Program-made: the position numbers and the translations under genes
Source: Candidatus Levybacteria bacterium RIFCSPLOWO2_12_FULL_41_12
Lineage (GTDB): Bacteria; Patescibacteriota; Microgenomatia; Levybacterales; UBA12049
Assembly (NCBI GenBank): GCA_001784155.1
Contig: MFPL01000012.1
Location: forward strand, 1 to 60,952
DNA length: 60,952 nt
Reading direction: 5' to 3'
Shown: positions 57,414 to 60,952 of the stretch, piece by piece
Layout of the letters: each line of letters opens with the position of its first letter
Numbering within the stretch: the stretch's first letter is position 1
The notes under the pieces: generated by a model
Told to the model about the DNA's origin: nothing
Database searches by the model: none
What the model saw: only the letters and a program-made list of their open reading frames with translations

Positions 57414-59656
57414 TGAATTTCTATAACGAGCTTTATGTTTTTGCCGGAGCGAGGCAAAAACTTTGGAAGAAGAGGAATCGGAGGACTTTGAGAAATTTCG
57501 ACGCTTGATACGTTGGGAAGTTTTTCAAGTATCTTCCGTGCGTCTCCGTAAGGTTTTCCGGAAAGTTCATTAATTAAATCTTTTTCTTGAATTTTCGGCA
57601 CCAGATTTGCTGTGACGTCAAGATTTGCCGAAACATCTCCTCCTGCAGCTGTTTTTATATTTTTTACTCCTATTTCGATATCATCTTCATTTATGGTAAG
57701 TTTTTCATCTATGTCTTCCTCAAGATTTGCTTTAGCGAATTTTAGGAGATCCGCAGTCTTATAAGCAATTCCCTGAAACTGGATAACTGCAGTTAGCGCT
57801 ACCTGTGTTGCCTCATCATCTACATCTTTTGAAAAAGTTTTTCTTTCAAATTTTGTCGTAACGAACACGCTTAGCAATTCTTCGTCTTCTGATACTTCAG
57901 TCTGAATATCTTTTCTGGCTTTTCCCTCAAGAGTTTTGGGAAGCTCTTTAAGTAGCTTGTCTATGTCTTTTTGAGACACCACTATAAGATCCTTTTTCGT
58001 ACCGCCTGAAAAAGGATTGTCATTTTTTGCAGCAATAGAGTTTGAACCTTCGACTGAGAATTTAGTATTCGACGGTTGATTATAGTTGGTGCCGAATTTG
58101 ACAGCAGTTACTCCTACTTCTTCTGTTCCGGGCTTCGTACCCGAGAAAACGTCTCCCGACGCCGACGCTACGGTTATTTTCTTATCGGTTACGAATTCAA
58201 GACCGTTTGCTGACGTGAGTTTAGTGCCCTGTTCCAATGTTTTGGAGGCGTCATTGTTGTTAAATATCGTTACGCTTCCTTTCGCTTTGTCTCCGGTTTC
58301 TTTCTTTCCGGTGGAGTCGGTTGAGAGCTTTCCCTCTTCTGTTACTGTTACTATTCTTCCCGACAGGACATTTTCCGTCGGATTTGTTTCGCCCTCCGCA
58401 GTAAAAGTAATAGTCTCGTTTTGAGAAACACTTTTTTTATCGACCTGAAGCGTGATAGTGGCTTTTGTAGCAAAGAGATAAAAAAGAAGGAATGAGAAAA
58501 CAACAAAAGCTATTATTCCCGGCACGATCAGTCTTTTCCGGCCCCCGCCGCCACCCTTTGATGTAATTTTAGAAAGCATTGGTTTAAGGTTTTTAAAAAA
58601 GGATCCCAGAACTTTTTTTCCTTCGCCTAGAATTTCCATTGCCTTAACGGGCATTTCCCGCGTTGTTTCACGAAGGCTCAGGTCGTCCGGAATTTCGGAG
58701 ACCTTTTCTGAGAAACTTGAGGCGTCCTTTGTCTCGATTGCCTTAGCTCCTGCAATGTCATGGTCCTGCATAAAACCAAAGTCAGATGACAAATTGTCGG
58801 ATACTATTGTTTTGCCTGGCTCTTCTTTAGAGAACTCCTCGTAGTTAAAATCTTCAATTGATGCGATCGGCTTTTGAAATGTAATGTTTTTAAGAGACTC
58901 CATGGATAGAATAAATTTCATTTGGTTTACTGCACCGTATACCACTGCTTTTGCATCATAATTTATAGAAAGTGCTTTTATCTGTGGGGGATGAAGAAAG
59001 GGAAGAGACTTACTCCATGAAAAGTTTAAGAACTCCTGCTCAAGTCTTTCATCTGCGTCATAAACAATTATCTTTGAAGGCAGAACTTCAGGAGTAGTCA
59101 AATGTTTAAGAAGAATGTTTGTTGTGAACGCTGCGGATTCATGAATTTCCGAAGACTTTTGCTCAATTATTTTGCCTGCGCGCACAAGAGAGATGGAAAC
59201 CCTCTTTGGTCCCACTTCTGCTAAAACCGCAGAGACCGGCGCGCCGTCCTCAATCTGTAAAAGATGGAGAAGTGCCTCGGTTATTATTAAAAAGCCCACC
59301 GGCTTTAATCCCAGCTCATCGCTTGCCTTCTTAAGCTTTTCCAGATATTCAGGTTTTATTTTACCCTCCATAACCCAGGAATCTTTTACGGCAAAAATAG
59401 TATTATGGGTCTCTACATTTTTTGGGAGATTTTCTTCAGCCGAAGAGATTGCTTTATCTAAGGTTTGCAGAATTTCATCTGTTTCTGCGGTTTCGATACT
59501 GTCTTTAAATTTTTCTTCACCAAATCCTACGATGCGTGCTTGTCTTGCAGTCTCTTCAAGTATTACGGCGCTTGCCTTATCATCCCGAAGAGTTAGGGAT
59601 AGGTAGTAGCTTGACTCTTTTTTATTTTGACCAATGGGCAGATTCGGTAATTTCAT
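57410..59656 (-). CDS. Large bitopic membrane protein: FtsA/PilM-like N-terminus and baseplate-J-like extracellular region
   Basis: LDKAISSAE and VLAEVG..RVSISLV (actin-fold-like); TM; TGKKETGDKAKGSVTIFN and GTKLTSANGLEF. Confidence 0.6.
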   Translation of the reverse strand: MKLPNLPIGQNKKESSYYLSLTLRDDKASAVILEETARQARIVGFGEEKFKDSIETAETDEILQTLDKAISSAEENLPKNVETHNTIFAVKDSWVMEGKIKPEYLEKLKKASDELGLKPVGFLIITEALLHLLQIEDGAPVSAVLAEVGPKRVSISLVRAGKIIEQKSSEIHESAAFTTNILLKHLTTPEVLPSKIIVYDADERLEQEFLNFSWSKSLPFLHPPQIKALSINYDAKAVVYGAVNQMKFILSMESLKNITFQKPIASIEDFNYEEFSKEEPGKTIVSDNLSSDFGFMQDHDIAGAKAIETKDASSFSEKVSEIPDDLSLRETTREMPVKAMEILGEGKKVLGSFFKNLKPMLSKITSKGGGGGRKRLIVPGIIAFVVFSFLLFYLFATKATITLQVDKKSVSQNETITFTAEGETNPTENVLSGRIVTVTEEGKLSTDSTGKKETGDKAKGSVTIFNNNDASKTLEQGTKLTSANGLEFVTDKKITVASASGDVFSGTKPGTEEVGVTAVKFGTNYNQPSNTKFSVEGSNSIAAKNDNPFSGGTKKDLIVVSQKDIDKLLKELPKTLEGKARKDIQTEVSEDEELLSVFVTTKFERKTFSKDVDDEATQVALTAVIQFQGIAYKTADLLKFAKANLEEDIDEKLTINEDDIEIGVKNIKTAAGGDVSANLDVTANLVPKIQEKDLINELSGKPYGDARKILEKLPNVSSVEISQSPPIPLLPKFLPRSGKNIKLVIEIQ

Positions 59657-59661
59657 AAAAG

Positions 59662-60952
59662 TTAGCCTGCCTTAGCGTATAATCTTTTCTGTCCGCGACC
59701 CAAATTCTCCTGCTTTATTATCTTAAAACTTTTAACCTCGCTAGTAAAGCTGACATGAGGCCCACCGCAGAATTCACGTGAATATGCTTGCATATGAACG
59801 TGTGGTGAGTGATCAATCGAACCACTTTTCGGACCAATAAAATAAACTTTTACACTGTCCTGATATTTTTCATCAAATAGCCCAATTGCTCCTATTTCCT
59901 TGGCCTTCTGAAGCGGCAGCATCTCAAAATGCACGGGAAGATTCTCTTTAATCCTTCCATTTACTACGTTTTCAAGTTTGTCTATTTCTGCGTCAGTCAG
60001 TGCCTTATCGTAGTTAAAATCAAACCTTACACGCTCACTAGTGATATTTGATCCTGTCTGGTGGACCTGCGTTCCAAGCAAATCTCTTATTGCTTGATGG
60101 AGAAGATGCGTTGCAGTATGCCCTCTTACTGTAGCCTCACTTGTGTCTGCGAGTCCTCCTGCAAATTTCTTCGTCGCCCCGGCCTTGGAAACTTTCTGGT
60201 GTTCTTTCATTTTTTCCGAAAGTTCCTGTTCGTTAAAATCGTATCCCAAACTTTTAAGCTGCGTTGGACCCAGTCCGTAAGAGGCAAGGGACTTGAAAGC
60301 TAGGTCTGCGGAAATATGCGTCGTACCTTTTAACTCATCGCCAGTTTTCGTTCCCTGTTTGCCCAGCTCTTTCTCAATAAACTGCTTTCCGCCAACGAGC
60401 ACCTTTTTGTAAGTCTGTATCTCTTCCAAAATAATATTTTTGATAGTTTCAAAATTCCCTTTTAGTTCTGAATCTGTTTTTCCATATTCCGAGGCAATAG
60501 CCTCGATCACAGGGGAGGGATCTTTTGCTCCCAGCTTGTCGAGATGGTCTGCGCCTCGCCTTATAAGGCGGCGCAGGATATATCCCTGTTCTTTATTTGA
60601 AGGATAGACTTTTTCAGAGGCGATAAATGAGGCTGCAGTCAGATGATCTACGATAATCCTAATACTTTCTTTATCGTCTTTGTAGGAGCTGCTTGAGGCT
60701 TGTTCAATTGCACTTATGACAGGAGTGAAAAGACTTGTCCCAAACATGTCGGGCTTATCCTCGACAGCTGCGAGGAGGCGCTCGACGCCCGCGCCGAAGT
60801 CTACATTTTTTTGAGGAAGCTCTTTAAATGATCCGTCATCCTGTTTTTGGTATTGAATGAAGACTGAATTTGCGATCTCGAGGAACTTCCCGCATTCACA
60901 CTCCGCCGGACTATCTTTACATTCCTTACCATGTTCGCCCACGTCAAATCGA
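59662..60952 (-). CDS. alaS: Alanine--tRNA ligase (partial; 5' end outside the window; short C-terminus)
   Basis: LPQKNVDFGAGVERL, GYILRRLIRR, HTATHLL, EFCGGPH. Confidence 0.95.
   Translation of the reverse strand, partial: RFDVGEHGKECKDSPAECECGKFLEIANSVFIQYQKQDDGSFKELPQKNVDFGAGVERLLAAVEDKPDMFGTSLFTPVISAIEQASSSSYKDDKESIRIIVDHLTAASFIASEKVYPSNKEQGYILRRLIRRGADHLDKLGAKDPSPVIEAIASEYGKTDSELKGNFETIKNIILEEIQTYKKVLVGGKQFIEKELGKQGTKTGDELKGTTHISADLAFKSLASYGLGPTQLKSLGYDFNEQELSEKMKEHQKVSKAGATKKFAGGLADTSEATVRGHTATHLLHQAIRDLLGTQVHQTGSNITSERVRFDFNYDKALTDAEIDKLENVVNGRIKENLPVHFEMLPLQKAKEIGAIGLFDEKYQDSVKVYFIGPKSGSIDHSPHVHMQAYSREFCGGPHVSFTSEVKSFKIIKQENLGRGQKRLYAKAG

Noticed and set aside
57410-59656. Prophage or contractile injection system suggested by the baseplate-J-like domain
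   Set aside because: No sheath, tube, spike or other tail genes nearby; the gene sits in a housekeeping operon

Overview
Core-genome segment of a Patescibacteria (CPR) bacterium, most consistent with Microgenomates; the lineage is inferred from gene content and architecture, and TGA is used as a stop (code 11). It holds about 60 tightly packed genes: type IV pilus pilN/pilO, rpsT, murJ, lepA, groES-groEL, pyrF-pyrE, a cell-envelope glycan cluster, metG, hrcA-grpE-dnaK-(glmS)-dnaJ, a membrane-anchored Clp ATPase, a variable block of small genes (30.3-34.8 kb), nusA-infB-rpsO-pnp-rnj, metK, ftsK, mltG, an AMP/thymidine phosphorylase, a sortase and a partial alaS. I saw no rRNA, tRNA, CRISPR array, integrase or transposase. 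The most interesting signals lie outside the ORF track. (1) A very short terminator-containing leader directly before pyrF, a candidate protein-free pyrimidine attenuator. (2) A compact SAM-I-superfamily riboswitch that ends 5 nt before the metK start codon. (3) Decay of de novo pyrimidine genes: frameshifted pyrF and a roughly 55-nt pyrC remnant. (4) Four consecutive genes each starting behind an identical GCTATAATTG leaderless promoter, plus a synonymously diverged duplicate of the pyrD 3' end, suggesting gene turnover by integrase-free recombination. (5) Several unannotated small proteins.
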